Source: Cupriavidus necator
GTDB taxonomy: Bacteria > Pseudomonadota > Gammaproteobacteria > Burkholderiales > Burkholderiaceae
Length of the DNA: 32,000 bases
Reading direction: 5' to 3'
Assembly: GCF_016127575.1 (NCBI RefSeq)
Contig: NZ_CP066019.1
Coordinates: 1,350,001 to 1,382,000 of the forward strand
Each line of letters starts with the position of its first letter. Position 1 is the first letter of the stretch. A program made the translations under genes and the position numbers. The notes beneath the pieces were generated by a model, which was given only the letters and a program-made list of their open reading frames with translations, had not been told where the DNA came from and made no database searches. Positions 1 through 8,805 of this stretch are shown piece after piece.

Positions 1-1
1 G

Positions 2-796
2 CGCAGCGGCCGCGGCCACCGTGCGCGGCTGTGCCTGCGCAATGTCATCCCGGCCCCGTTCCTGCGCCCGCGCTTTGGCGCCGCGCATTCGGTCACGCTG
101 TTCTCCGCGACCCTCGATCCCGCCGCCTACTACCTCGATACGCTGGGTTTGCCGGCCGATTGCGCGCGGGTGCAAGTGCCATCGCCGTTCCGCGCCGAGC
201 AACTGTCGGTGCGGATTGCAGCGCGCATCTCCACCCGCTATGCGCGGCGCGAACAATCGCTGCCGGCCATCGTCGCGCTGATGGCCGGCCAGTTCCGCGC
301 ACGGCGCGGCAACTACCTGGCGTTCTTCAGCAGCCACGAGTACTTGCAGCAAGCCGTGGCCCGCTTCGCCCAGTCTCACCCCGACATTCCGCATTGGGTG
401 CAGTCGCGGGGCATGGACGAAGCCGCGCAGGCGGCGTTCCTGGGTACGTTTGCGGAAGGCGGCGAGGGCATCGGCTTTGCGGCGCTCGGCGGCGCCTTTG
501 CCGAAGGCGTTGACCTGCCCGGCGAGCGCCTGATCGGCGCCTTCGTTGCCACCCTGGGGCTGCCCCAGTTCAACTCGGTCAACGAGCAGTTCCGTGCGCG
601 CATGCAGCAGGCGTTCGGGCAGGGCTATGCCTATGCCTACCTGTATCCCGGGCTGCGCAAGGTGGTGCAGGCGGCAGGCCGGGTCATCCGCACGCAGCAG
701 GACCAGGGCGTGGTCTACCTGATCGACGACCGCTTTGCCGCGGCCGAGGTGCGCGAACTGCTGCCGGCATGGTGGGAAATCGCCACGGCGGCCTAG
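2..796 (+). CDS. DinG/Rad3 (XPD-like) family ATP-dependent DNA helicase, C-terminal fragment (gene starts upstream of window)
   Basis: Frame 2 is open from base 2 to TAG at 794-796. The track lists it only from an internal TTG at 149. The translation (...FSATLDPAAYYLDTLGLP...RGNYLAFFSSHEYLQQ...GGAFAEGVDLPGERLIGAFVATLGLPQ...GRVIRTQQDQGVVYLIDDRF...) matches the C-terminal helicase domain pattern of DinG-like helicases as I remember it. Confidence 0.8.
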   Translation, partial: RSGRGHRARLCLRNVIPAPFLRPRFGAAHSVTLFSATLDPAAYYLDTLGLPADCARVQVPSPFRAEQLSVRIAARISTRYARREQSLPAIVALMAGQFRARRGNYLAFFSSHEYLQQAVARFAQSHPDIPHWVQSRGMDEAAQAAFLGTFAEGGEGIGFAALGGAFAEGVDLPGERLIGAFVATLGLPQFNSVNEQFRARMQQAFGQGYAYAYLYPGLRKVVQAAGRVIRTQQDQGVVYLIDDRFAAAEVRELLPAWWEIATAA

Positions 797-920
797 AAAT
801 TACACAGCCGGGCCAGTCTGGGGCATCCTCTTTGCGCGGTGCCTGCCCGAAGTCGCCGCTGGAACGAATCTGGCAGGCATGCGGATACCATCAGCCAGCT
901 ATCGCGAAAGGATCAGATCC

Positions 921-1244
921 ATGCCCATGACCCAGCAATACGCGGCCACCGAGCCGACCCGCACGGAAGTGGATGCGCTGCCGGGCGCCACCGTGCTGGA
1001 ATTCGGCGCGCCGTGGTGCGGCTACTGCCAGCGCGCCCAGCCGGCGCTGGCTGAGGCCTTTGCCGTGCATCCGGCATTGCGCCATCTCAAGATCGAGGAC
1101 GGCAGCGGGCGCCGGCTTGGCCGGTCGTTTCACATCAAGCTGTGGCCGACGCTGGTGTTCCTGCGCGACGGGCAGGAAGTGGCGCGGCTGGTGCGCCCGA
1201 CCGAGTCGGAGCCGATCCGCGAGGCCATGCGCCGCATTGCCTAG
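921..1244 (+). CDS. thioredoxin-family protein (WCGYC active site)
   Basis: ATG at 921 (second ATG at 927) follows AAAGGA. LEFGAPWCGYCQRAQP carries the CxxC thioredoxin-fold motif. The track start at 735 is an upstream extension overlapping the helicase 3' end. Confidence 0.85.
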   Translation: MPMTQQYAATEPTRTEVDALPGATVLEFGAPWCGYCQRAQPALAEAFAVHPALRHLKIEDGSGRRLGRSFHIKLWPTLVFLRDGQEVARLVRPTESEPIREAMRRIA

Positions 1245-1261
1245 CCCGGCCGCGCGCTGCC

Positions 1262-1693
1262 TTATTTGGCGAACACCTGGCTCAGGTCGCCAAAGGCCTT
1301 GAACTCCAGCGCATTGCCCGACGGGTCCAGGAAGAACATGGTGGCCTGTTCGCCCACCTGGCCCTTGAAGCGCACATGCGGCTCGATCACGAACTGTGTG
1401 CCCGCCGCGCGCAGCCGCTCGGCCAGGGCCTCCCATTCGGCCATCGGCAGGATCGCGCCGAAGTGCCGCACCGGCACGTCGTCGCCATCGACGGCGCTGG
1501 TGGCGCGGTGACCACACTCCTCGGGCGACAGGTGCGCCACCACCTGGTGGCCATAGAAATTGAAGTCCACCCAGGCCTCGGAACTGCGCCCTTCGGGGCA
1601 ACCAAGCAAGTCGCCATAGAAGCGCCTTGCCTCGGCCAGGTCGCGCACGGGGAAAGCCAGGTGGAACAGGGGAATAGAGGAAGTCGCGCTCAT
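1262..1693 (-). CDS. VOC (glyoxalase/bleomycin-resistance/dioxygenase) family protein
   Basis: 143 aa. [23 protein letters not shown] near the N-terminus and [13 protein letters not shown] near the C-terminus are typical VOC-fold module signatures. Divergent from a LysR gene. Confidence 0.8.
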   Translation of the reverse strand: MSATSSIPLFHLAFPVRDLAEARRFYGDLLGCPEGRSSEAWVDFNFYGHQVVAHLSPEECGHRATSAVDGDDVPVRHFGAILPMAEWEALAERLRAAGTQFVIEPHVRFKGQVGEQATMFFLDPSGNALEFKAFGDLSQVFAK

Positions 1694-1748
1694 GCGGGAG
1701 GCCTTTGTCGGGGGTCGTTATGCGGGCAGGCGTTGGCCTGCGCGTTGA

Positions 1749-1763
1749 TTGTAGCCAGCACAA
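1749..1763. promoter_or_regulatory. candidate LysR-type operator (TTGT-N7-ACAA, contains T-N11-A)
   Basis: The dyad TTGTAGCCAGCACAA lies in the 122-bp divergent VOC/LysR intergenic region. This fits the generic LTTR T-N11-A box. It is a motif match only. Confidence 0.3.
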
Positions 1764-1815
1764 CCCGTAATATGAAGCGAATCATTTTTGGCCTGAGTAT
1801 CAGAATTTTCAATAG

Positions 1816-2700
1816 ATGATCCGCTACTTCCAGACCTTCCTGGTGGCCGCCGAAACCGGCTCGTTCTCCGCCGCCGCGGCGCGGCTGGCGCTGACGCAGT
1901 CGGCCGTCAGCACGCAGATCCGGCGGCTGGAAGAGGACCTGGACTGCGTACTCTTCGATCGCACCGGCAAGTCGGTCGCGCTCAGCGAAGCCGGGCGCCG
2001 GTTGGTGCCGGAAGCGCGGCGCTTTGTCGAGCTCTATGCCGCGATGAAGGACCGCGCCGGCCCGCATGCCGACGCCGCGCCGGTGGAGCTGGGCGCGGTG
2101 TCGACGGTCCAGGCCACCTTGCTGGCCGATGCGATGCGGCATTTCCGGGGGCGGTTTCCCGACTCGCACGTCAACGTGGTGCCGGGCATGTCCACCCAGC
2201 TGCTGACGCAGGTGGATGCGCGCGAGCTGGACATCGCCGTGCTGATCCGGCCGCGGCTGGGCTTTCCGCCGGACCTCAAGTGGGTGCCGCTGGTGCGCGA
2301 GGGCTTTGTCGGCATCGGGCCCGCCGGTGCGCCTGCAGACCTGCGCGCGTTGCTGGAGACGCTTCCGTTCATTCGCTACAACCGCCACAGCACCGGCGGG
2401 CAGCTGGTGGACGGCTACCTGAAGCGGCAGCGGCTATGGGTCAGGGAAGGGATGGAGCTGGATGAGCCGGCCGTGATCCTGCTGATGGTGGCAGCTGGCC
2501 TGGGTTGCGCCATCATCCCGTCCGGACTGGTGCCGTTGCAGCAGTCCGCGGGCGTGGTGCAGGCGCCATTGCCGGGCGGGCCGCTCTATCGCGACGTGGG
2601 CGTGCTGGTGCGCGAATCGGCACTGCGCCGCGCGCCGGTGGCGGCGCTGATCGATGCCTTTGTGGCTGCCAGCGCGCGCTGGCAGTCTGCCGTGGTGTAA
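1816..2700 (+). CDS. LysR-family transcriptional regulator
   Basis: 294 aa. The N-terminal wHTH reads FQTFLVAAETGSFSAAAARLALTQSAVSTQIRRLEEDL, followed by a C-terminal substrate-binding domain. Divergent from the VOC gene. Confidence 0.92.
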   Translation: MIRYFQTFLVAAETGSFSAAAARLALTQSAVSTQIRRLEEDLDCVLFDRTGKSVALSEAGRRLVPEARRFVELYAAMKDRAGPHADAAPVELGAVSTVQATLLADAMRHFRGRFPDSHVNVVPGMSTQLLTQVDARELDIAVLIRPRLGFPPDLKWVPLVREGFVGIGPAGAPADLRALLETLPFIRYNRHSTGGQLVDGYLKRQRLWVREGMELDEPAVILLMVAAGLGCAIIPSGLVPLQQSAGVVQAPLPGGPLYRDVGVLVRESALRRAPVAALIDAFVAASARWQSAVV

Positions 2701-2711
2701 AGGCGCGATAC

Positions 2712-3047
2712 TCAGCGGCTGCCGGGCAGGACCAACGTGACCAGCACCGAGGCATCGGAGATGGCGGTCACGTCGTAGCGCACGCTCGGCCCCAGGTAGA
2801 GCAGGTCGCCCTGGTGCAACTGGCGCTCGGCGCCGTCCACCCGCACACGCACCTCGCCCTCCAGGCATTGCACAGTCATCGGGCCATCTACCGCATGGGG
2901 CGGCACATGCTTGCCCGCCTTCAGCACCAGCCGCATCACTTCCAGCGGGCCTTCCTTGAACAGGGCCTGGGTGGCGGTCTGGTCCAGCCGTGCGCCCAGT
3001 GGCAGCACGCTGGCGATCTGTCCGGATTCAAGGTGGGGAAGGGACAT
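2712..3047 (-). CDS. cupin domain protein
   Basis: ATG at 3047 follows GAGGAG. The track start at 3089 is probably an extension. The sequence ...VLKAGKHVPPHAVDGPMTVQCLEGEVRVRVDGAERQLHQGDLLYLGPSVRYDV... matches the two-motif cupin beta-barrel pattern. Confidence 0.75.
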   Translation of the reverse strand: MSLPHLESGQIASVLPLGARLDQTATQALFKEGPLEVMRLVLKAGKHVPPHAVDGPMTVQCLEGEVRVRVDGAERQLHQGDLLYLGPSVRYDVTAISDASVLVTLVLPGSR

Positions 3048-3152
3048 GCGCGGCTCCTCGCTCTTCTGGTGGGGTGGCTTGTCAGGCACGGCCGGCGCCT
3101 GGCGGCGGCACGCCTTCTCAATCTAGCACCCGAGCGCGCATCTCAGAAGCAC

Positions 3153-3359
3153 TCAGCGTGATGTAACCGGCGAAGTCGCCGACGCGGCGGCTTCCACTTG
3201 TGCGCAAGGCGTGGCATTGCGGGCTTGTGCGGTGCGCTCGGCTGCGGTCCTGGCAGCGGCGCGGCCGCGCTCGATCAGAGCCCAGTCAGGGCCGGCGGCC
3301 GCGGGAAAAGACGCGGCCAGGGCGCCAAGGCCGAGCAGCGCGAACAGGATGGTTTTCAT
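3153..3359 (-). CDS. small exported hypothetical protein (68 aa)
   Basis: The internal ATG at 3359 gives MKTILFALLGLGALAASFPAAAG, a clear signal peptide, followed by an Ala/Arg-rich mature part. No obvious Shine-Dalgarno and no recognisable family. Confidence 0.45.
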   Translation of the reverse strand: MKTILFALLGLGALAASFPAAAGPDWALIERGRAAARTAAERTAQARNATPCAQVEAAASATSPVTSR

Positions 3360-3451
3360 GAGGGGGCCTTCAGGGAGGTATGAGAAAAGAGACGGGGCCT
3401 TGCGCCCCGTCGACACGCCACGGCGGCTGCCGTGGCGCGGGCAGGCGCCGG

Positions 3452-3805
3452 TCAGGCGGCAGCCGATACGCGTGAGCCGCCATGGGCCGGCGGTGCCGAC
3501 ACGCCGCTGCGGTCCATGCCTGCCACTTCCATGCCGGCGGCAGCGCGGTTGGCGCCGTCGGTAAACGGGTCGCGCCGGTCGTTGACGCGCGCGCCATCGG
3601 TGAAGGGGTCGCGCTTGCCATTGACGTGCGCACCGTCGGTAAACGGGTTGCGCTTGCCGTTGTGCAGGTTGTAGCCGTAGCGGTCGGTGGCGACGCCGCG
3701 GTCGTTCAGGCCTTGCGCCATGGCAGGGCTGGCCAGTGCGGCGGCACCGAGTGCTGCAATCGAGAGGGTCGTGGCAAGAAGGGCCTTGAGAGCGTTTTTA
3801 TGCAT
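3452..3805 (-). CDS. exported repeat protein, 3 x 13-aa (K/R)(R)(D/N)PFTDGAxVN repeats (117 aa)
   Basis: ATG at 3805 gives the signal peptide MHKNALKALLATTLSIAALGAAALASPAMA. The mature part contains NGKRNPFTDGAHV / NGKRDPFTDGARV / NDRRDPFTDGANR. The 300-aa track ORF (to 4354) overlaps the outer-membrane factor gene in another frame and is not credible upstream of 3805. No clear Shine-Dalgarno. Confidence 0.6.
   Translation of the reverse strand: MHKNALKALLATTLSIAALGAAALASPAMAQGLNDRGVATDRYGYNLHNGKRNPFTDGAHVNGKRDPFTDGARVNDRRDPFTDGANRAAAGMEVAGMDRSGVSAPPAHGGSRVSAAA
3552..3668. repeat. 3 x 39-bp imperfect tandem repeat, in frame within the CDS
   Basis: Units are 3552-3590 gcgccgtcggtaaacgggtcgcgccggtcgttgacgcgc, 3591-3629 gcgccatcggtgaaggggtcgcgcttgccattgacgtgc and 3630-3668 gcaccgtcggtaaacgggttgcgcttgccgttgtgcagg. 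Confidence 0.9.
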
Positions 3806-3986
3806 GTCTGCTGTTTTTGGGTGGGTGGACGGCATGGCCCGCGAAGGGCCGCGCGGGGATGGCGGATCTGCCACCCGCGCCGTCCGGGTTCGCCTTTTGG
3901 GCGGTGCCGTCGCGTGGGAAGCGCGCGGCACGGGACGAAGTTTAGTCAGGTCGATGCATTCCTGTGATGATTTAAACGTCGAAAAA

Positions 3987-5450
3987 TCAGTCGTTTTTTT
4001 CATTGCCAGTCGCATTGATGGCGGCCACCTTGCCGCCGGCCTGCCAGCCCCCGCCAAGCGCGAGGAACAGGTCGACCTGGCGCGCGGCGACATGGCCTTC
4101 GGACGCAGCCAGTGCGGCCTCCGCATCGGCCAGCGTGCGCTCGGCGTCCAGGTGCGCCAGGTACGGGATGCGCCCCGCCTGCTGCAGGCGGCGCTGCAGC
4201 CGCGCAGCTTCTGCGGCCTGTTCGCGCGCCGCGTGCAGGGCGTCGTGCCGTTCCAGTTCGCGCGTGTAGGCCGACAACGCCGTTTCGGTTTCCTGCAATG
4301 CGCGCAGCACCGCGCCATCAAAGCGCGCCAGGGCGGCGTCGGCCGCGGCTTCATGCCTGTGGATGCGATGGCGCACGCCGTTGGTCGGCAGCGACCAGCT
4401 CAGCAGCGGCCCCACGCTCCAGCGCGCCGTCGGGCCGCTGCCAAGGTGGCTCAGCACGCCGGTCAGCCCGGCGCTGGCGCCGATGCTGATCGATGGATAC
4501 AGGTCTGCCGTGGCCACGCCGATGCGAGCGGTGGCCGCGGCCAGTTCGCGTTCCGCCTGGCGGATATCGGGCCGGCGCCTGAGCAGCGCTGCGCCGTCAC
4601 CCACTGGCAGCGGCACACGCAGCGTGGGTTCGGCATGGCAGTCCACCTCGGCCTCTGGCAGTGCCGCAGGCGGCTTGCCCAGCAGCAGCGCCAGCCGGTG
4701 GCGTGCGGCGCTACGCGCGGCTTCCAGCGTTGGCAAGGTAGAGTGCAGCGCTTCGGTGCGGGCACGCTCGCGCGCCACGTCGGCGGGTTCGCCGCGGCCG
4801 GCGTCGACCAGGCGGCCGGTGGCGTCCAGCGTGCGTTGCTGTACCGCGAGCTGCTGCGTGGCGGCGGCCAGTTCATGCGTGGCGGCGCAGCCCTGCACGT
4901 AGGCGCGCACCGTCTGCGCCGCCACGGTGACGCGCACCATGTCGAGCGTGGCCGCGCTGGCTTCGGCGCCGGCCAGCGCGGCCTCGTCGGCGCGGGCCAG
5001 CTTGCCGAAGAAATCGATCAGGTAGGACACGCCGAAACCGAAGTCGCCCAGGTTGAATACCGGTGGCTTGGTGGTCTGCAGGAAGCTTTCGCCCGACAGC
5101 TGCGCGCGCGAAACGCTGGCGCTGGCGCCGCCCTGCGGCAGGTTCTCGGACTCCACCTCGTGCAGGAGGGCCACCGCGCGGCGCAGGTTGGCGCTGGCGG
5201 CGCGGATGTCGGTGTTGGCGGCCAGCGCCTGTTCGACCAGGCGGTCGAGCCGCGCGTTGTCATAGAGCCGCCACCAGTCGTCGGGCACGGGCGCGATGGC
5301 CACGCCGGGCGCTTTGGCACCCTGAAGCGGGCCGTTGGCGGCGGCCGCGCGCACTGCCGCATGATCCGGCACACGATAGTCCGGGCCCACGGTGGTGCAG
5401 GCGCACAGGCAGGCCGCGGCGCACGCCAGCCAGGGATGGCGCCGCTTCAC
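3987..5450 (-). CDS. efflux transporter outer-membrane factor lipoprotein, NodT family
   Basis: 487 aa. Lipobox-like N-terminus MKRRHPWLACAAACLCAC-TTVGPDYRVPD, typical of NodT/OprM-family outer-membrane factors. Long Ala/Leu-rich coiled regions. 4-bp overlap with the upstream membrane fusion protein gene. Confidence 0.9.
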   Translation of the reverse strand: MKRRHPWLACAAACLCACTTVGPDYRVPDHAAVRAAAANGPLQGAKAPGVAIAPVPDDWWRLYDNARLDRLVEQALAANTDIRAASANLRRAVALLHEVESENLPQGGASASVSRAQLSGESFLQTTKPPVFNLGDFGFGVSYLIDFFGKLARADEAALAGAEASAATLDMVRVTVAAQTVRAYVQGCAATHELAAATQQLAVQQRTLDATGRLVDAGRGEPADVARERARTEALHSTLPTLEAARSAARHRLALLLGKPPAALPEAEVDCHAEPTLRVPLPVGDGAALLRRRPDIRQAERELAAATARIGVATADLYPSISIGASAGLTGVLSHLGSGPTARWSVGPLLSWSLPTNGVRHRIHRHEAAADAALARFDGAVLRALQETETALSAYTRELERHDALHAAREQAAEAARLQRRLQQAGRIPYLAHLDAERTLADAEAALAASEGHVAARQVDLFLALGGGWQAGGKVAAINATGNEKND

Positions 5451-6355
5451 GACCGGGGCCCCGTGCGGCGGCCGGCGTCATCGACGCGCCTGGCTTCGCG
5501 AACGGCCACAGTCGCGGTGCGGCCGGAAACCAGGCGCACATCCGCGGGCACGTCCTCCAGCACGATGCGCACCGGCACGCGCTGTGCCAGCCGCACCCAG
5601 TTGAAGGTCGGGTTGACGTTGGGCAGCAGGTTCGAGCCCGCGCTGCGGTCGCGGTCCTCGATGCCGGCTGCGATGCTCTGCACGTGCCCGCGCAGGTGCC
5701 GGGGCTCGCCCATGATATGCACGTCGACCGGGCTGCCGATGCGGATCCGGTGCAGCTTGGTTTCCTCGAAATAGCCTTCCACGTGGAAGGACCCGGCATC
5801 GACCATCGACAGCACCGGGCGGCCGGTCGAGACATAGTCGCCCAGGCGCGGCAGCCGGTCGTTGAGGTAGCCCGCCACCGGGCTGCGCACGCTGGTGCGC
5901 TCCAGGTCAAGCCGGGCCAGCCGCACCGCGGCTTCGGCCAGCGCCAGCGCGGCTTCGCCTTGCTCTACGCGGGCACGCCCCTGTTCCGCGACTTCGGCGG
6001 CAACCAGGCCGTCGAGATTGCGGTTGCGCGCGGCTTCGCGCCGCGCCTGCGCCAGCGCGGCGCGCTGCGTCGCTACCGCGGCCAGCGCCTGCTGCAGGGC
6101 CAGCGCGTAGCGGTCGCGGTCGATCTCGAACAGGACTTCGCCTTGCTGCACATGCTGGTTGTCGCGCGCCAGTACGCGTGTGACCAGCCCGGACACATCG
6201 GGCGCCACCTGGATGATGTCGGCACGCACATGGCCGTCGCGGGTCCATGGCGCGGCCGTGTAGTAGTCCCACAGGTGGCGCAGCACCAGCAGGGCGGCGA
6301 TGGCTGCCAGCAGCGTTGGCAGCAAGGGAAGCAGGGGGCGGAGTCGGAAGGTCAT
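5447..6355 (-). CDS. HlyD-family membrane fusion protein (AaeA/FusE-like)
   Basis: 302 aa. N-terminal TM helix, then TRDGHVRADIIQVAPDVSGLVTRVLARDNQHVQQGEVLFEID (biotinyl-lipoyl-like hairpin start), a coiled coil, and ...VRSPVAGYL... Overlaps both neighbours by 4 bp. Confidence 0.9.
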   Translation of the reverse strand: MTFRLRPLLPLLPTLLAAIAALLVLRHLWDYYTAAPWTRDGHVRADIIQVAPDVSGLVTRVLARDNQHVQQGEVLFEIDRDRYALALQQALAAVATQRAALAQARREAARNRNLDGLVAAEVAEQGRARVEQGEAALALAEAAVRLARLDLERTSVRSPVAGYLNDRLPRLGDYVSTGRPVLSMVDAGSFHVEGYFEETKLHRIRIGSPVDVHIMGEPRHLRGHVQSIAAGIEDRDRSAGSNLLPNVNPTFNWVRLAQRVPVRIVLEDVPADVRLVSGRTATVAVREARRVDDAGRRTGPRS

Positions 6356-6570
6356 GACGGCAGTCCCGGCACCGCGACAAAGACTGCGGCCACGGCGCCA
6401 AGGACGATCACATAGAGGGAAAGGTTGAACATCGAGCGGTGCCAGATATGCCGGTACCAGCCCAGCGCGGCCAGCACCATGCGGATCGCGGTAGTGGCGG
6501 CGAAGGCCAGCACCATCAGCACCAGCACGCCTGGCACGAACACGCCATAGAGGTCGATTTCACTGAGCAT
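6352..6570 (-). CDS. DUF1656 small membrane protein (AaeX/FusD-like)
   Basis: 72 aa with two hydrophobic helices (MLSEIDLYGVFVPGVLVLMVLAF...). It sits between the FUSC and HlyD genes, as in aaeXAB-type and fusaric-acid resistance operons. Confidence 0.8.
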   Translation of the reverse strand: MLSEIDLYGVFVPGVLVLMVLAFAATTAIRMVLAALGWYRHIWHRSMFNLSLYVIVLGAVAAVFVAVPGLPS

Positions 6571-6596
6571 TCGGCGGCAGAGGAGAGTTGGGGAGG

Positions 6597-8597
6597 TCAG
6601 CGGGACAGGGCAGCCACAGGGCCAGGCAGCAGCGTGACCTGCAGCACCACCAGCGCGCCGAGCGTGCCGCGGTGGTCAGGGCGGCCACCTGCGGGCAACG
6701 CGGCCACGCCGGCGATGGCATCGGCCACCCAGGCGGCCAGCCCCGCCGGAGCCGGCACGGCATGGCCCGCGCGCAGCCGCGCGCGGAAATGCCTTGCCAC
6801 CGCGGCCAGCACGCGGCGCACCGGCTTGCGTGCCGCGGGCGGCAAGGCCGGCAGCGCCTTCTGCAGCGCCAGCGCGCAGTAGCCGACTTGCAGCGCGTGG
6901 AAGCCGTCGGACGACAAGGGATCGCCGGCAGCCCCCAGCCGCGGCACCAGCTGGCCGAGCCGGTCCAGCATGCGCGCGCCCAGCCGCGCATCCCCATCGG
7001 CCGCTCGCAGCGTGGCGGCCTGGGCTAGGTCCTGCCAGCTGGCGCGCACCAGCCGGTGCGCCGCCGCGCGCGCGCCGAACGGGCGTACCGCCATCGACCA
7101 CAGCGGCGCGAACAGCATGGCTGCGGCGCTGGCCAGGCAGGTATTGAAGGTGCCGAGGAAATCCGCATCGAACACGGCCTGCACGTTGGCGAACGAGGCC
7201 GTGTTGACCGACAGCAGCATCGCAATCAACTGGAAGCCGGGCCGCGCAATCAGCAGGCCAATGCCGAGATAGGGCAGCGCCAGCATCGCGGCCAGCGCTT
7301 CAAAGGTGTGCGCGTGCGGCACGACCAGGAACAGGTAGCCGCACGACACCAGCAGGCAGATCGTGCTCCAGCGCAGGAAGGCACCGGCCATGCGGCGCGG
7401 CTCGTCGATGGCCGCAAGGAAGCAGCAGGCGATCGATGCCACCGCGACCGCGCCGGCGCCGCCCTCCCAGCCCGAGAAGATCCACAGCAGCCCCGCGCAG
7501 AATACGGCCAGGCCGCTCGACACGGCGCCGAACAGCAGCATGCCGTGGTCGTGGTGATGGCCTGCAGCCTCCGGGGCCGCGTTGCCGCGCAGCTGCGGCG
7601 CGCCGGCGCTGCGGTCGCCTATGCCTTGCTGCAGGGCGCGGCATTCAGCGTACAACGCGCCCAGGCGCTGCAGCTGGTCCGCCGCCGTGGCGGCGAGGCT
7701 GGCTTGCCAGTCGACCTCGCCCGCGCGGCTATCGGCAAGCCAGCCGCCCGCGGCGACCGGAGGCGGCGTGGCAGCATCGGTCGCCAGCCAGGCGGTCGCC
7801 GCCGCCATGGCCTCGCGCACTGGCAACGGGATGCCGTCCGGATGGCCGCGCAGCGCGTGCAGCACGCTCTCCAGCGACGACAGCAGCGGCATCAGCATGG
7901 TCATGCGCTGGCGCAGCGCGCGGGCATGGCGCAGCGTGTGGCTGCCCTCGGTGTCATAGGCCAGCTGGCTGACCAGCTGGTCCAGCGCCAGGATGTCGGC
8001 AGCGAGCCGGTGGCGGCTGTCGTCGGCGCGCGGGCTGCCGGTGAGTATGTCCGATGCCCAGGCCGACGCGTCGGCCAGCCAGGTGGCTGCGCGGGACCGC
8101 AGCGCGGGCGCCACCTTGGCCGGGAAGACGACCGAGCCCACCAGCCCGGCGCAGACGATGCCGATCACGATTTCCTCGATCCGGGCCACGGCAATATCGA
8201 AGATCTGCGCCGGCGCGCTGACCGCCGGCAGCGCGACGATCGGCAGGGTGTAGGCCGCCAGCAGGTACACATAGCTGCGCGGCGTGCGCTGCAGCAGCGA
8301 CAGGTACACCAGCACGGTGATCCACAGCGCGATCGCACCCATCAGCACGATCGGCATGTTGACCAGCTGCGGCACCGTGGCCACCGCGGCGGTCGCGCCC
8401 AGCATCGTGCCGGCCACGCGGTAGGCCGCCTTGGAACGGGTGGCGCCGGTCAGGGGATGGGAAACGAAGTACACCGTCGCCATGGCCCAGTAAGGCCGCG
8501 GCAGGCCCAGCGCCAGCGCGATATAGAGCGCCAGCATCGCGGCGGCGAATGCCTTCAGCGAGAACAGCCACTGTCGTGCATTCGGCCAGCTAGCCAT
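6597..8597 (-). CDS. FUSC family (fusaric acid resistance / AaeB-like) inner-membrane efflux protein
   Basis: 666 aa. N-terminus WLFSLKAFAAAMLALYIALALGLPRPYWAMATVYFVSHPLTGATRSKAAYRVAGTMLGA is the characteristic FUSC start. Two hydrophobic halves are separated by a soluble region. Confidence 0.9.
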   Translation of the reverse strand: MASWPNARQWLFSLKAFAAAMLALYIALALGLPRPYWAMATVYFVSHPLTGATRSKAAYRVAGTMLGATAAVATVPQLVNMPIVLMGAIALWITVLVYLSLLQRTPRSYVYLLAAYTLPIVALPAVSAPAQIFDIAVARIEEIVIGIVCAGLVGSVVFPAKVAPALRSRAATWLADASAWASDILTGSPRADDSRHRLAADILALDQLVSQLAYDTEGSHTLRHARALRQRMTMLMPLLSSLESVLHALRGHPDGIPLPVREAMAAATAWLATDAATPPPVAAGGWLADSRAGEVDWQASLAATAADQLQRLGALYAECRALQQGIGDRSAGAPQLRGNAAPEAAGHHHDHGMLLFGAVSSGLAVFCAGLLWIFSGWEGGAGAVAVASIACCFLAAIDEPRRMAGAFLRWSTICLLVSCGYLFLVVPHAHTFEALAAMLALPYLGIGLLIARPGFQLIAMLLSVNTASFANVQAVFDADFLGTFNTCLASAAAMLFAPLWSMAVRPFGARAAAHRLVRASWQDLAQAATLRAADGDARLGARMLDRLGQLVPRLGAAGDPLSSDGFHALQVGYCALALQKALPALPPAARKPVRRVLAAVARHFRARLRAGHAVPAPAGLAAWVADAIAGVAALPAGGRPDHRGTLGALVVLQVTLLPGPVAALSR

Positions 8598-8805
8598 GGA
8601 GCGGGGTCTTCAAGAAGAGTTGAGGGCACGCCGCGGCCTGCCGCTCCACGCTTCATTGGCGGCGCGGTTGGGCGGGGGCGATGTGTGGAAGCGAAGTGTA
8701 GCCAAACCTTTCGCATTCCATTCATGATTTAATATTGGCCTTTCCATTCCCTTTGTTCATGGGTGGCGAAACCGGCCTGCCGGCGGCCCGCCGTCCCTCA
8801 GCACC

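Noticed and set aside
3687-5774. 695-aa plus-strand ORF
   Set aside because: It is antisense to the strongly supported NodT and HlyD genes. Its Arg/Ala/Gly-rich low-complexity translation has no recognisable motif. This is a typical high-GC shadow frame.
7056-8732. 558-aa plus-strand ORF
   Set aside because: It is antisense to the FUSC gene. The Arg/Gln/Gly-rich composition has no motifs, so I read it as a shadow ORF.
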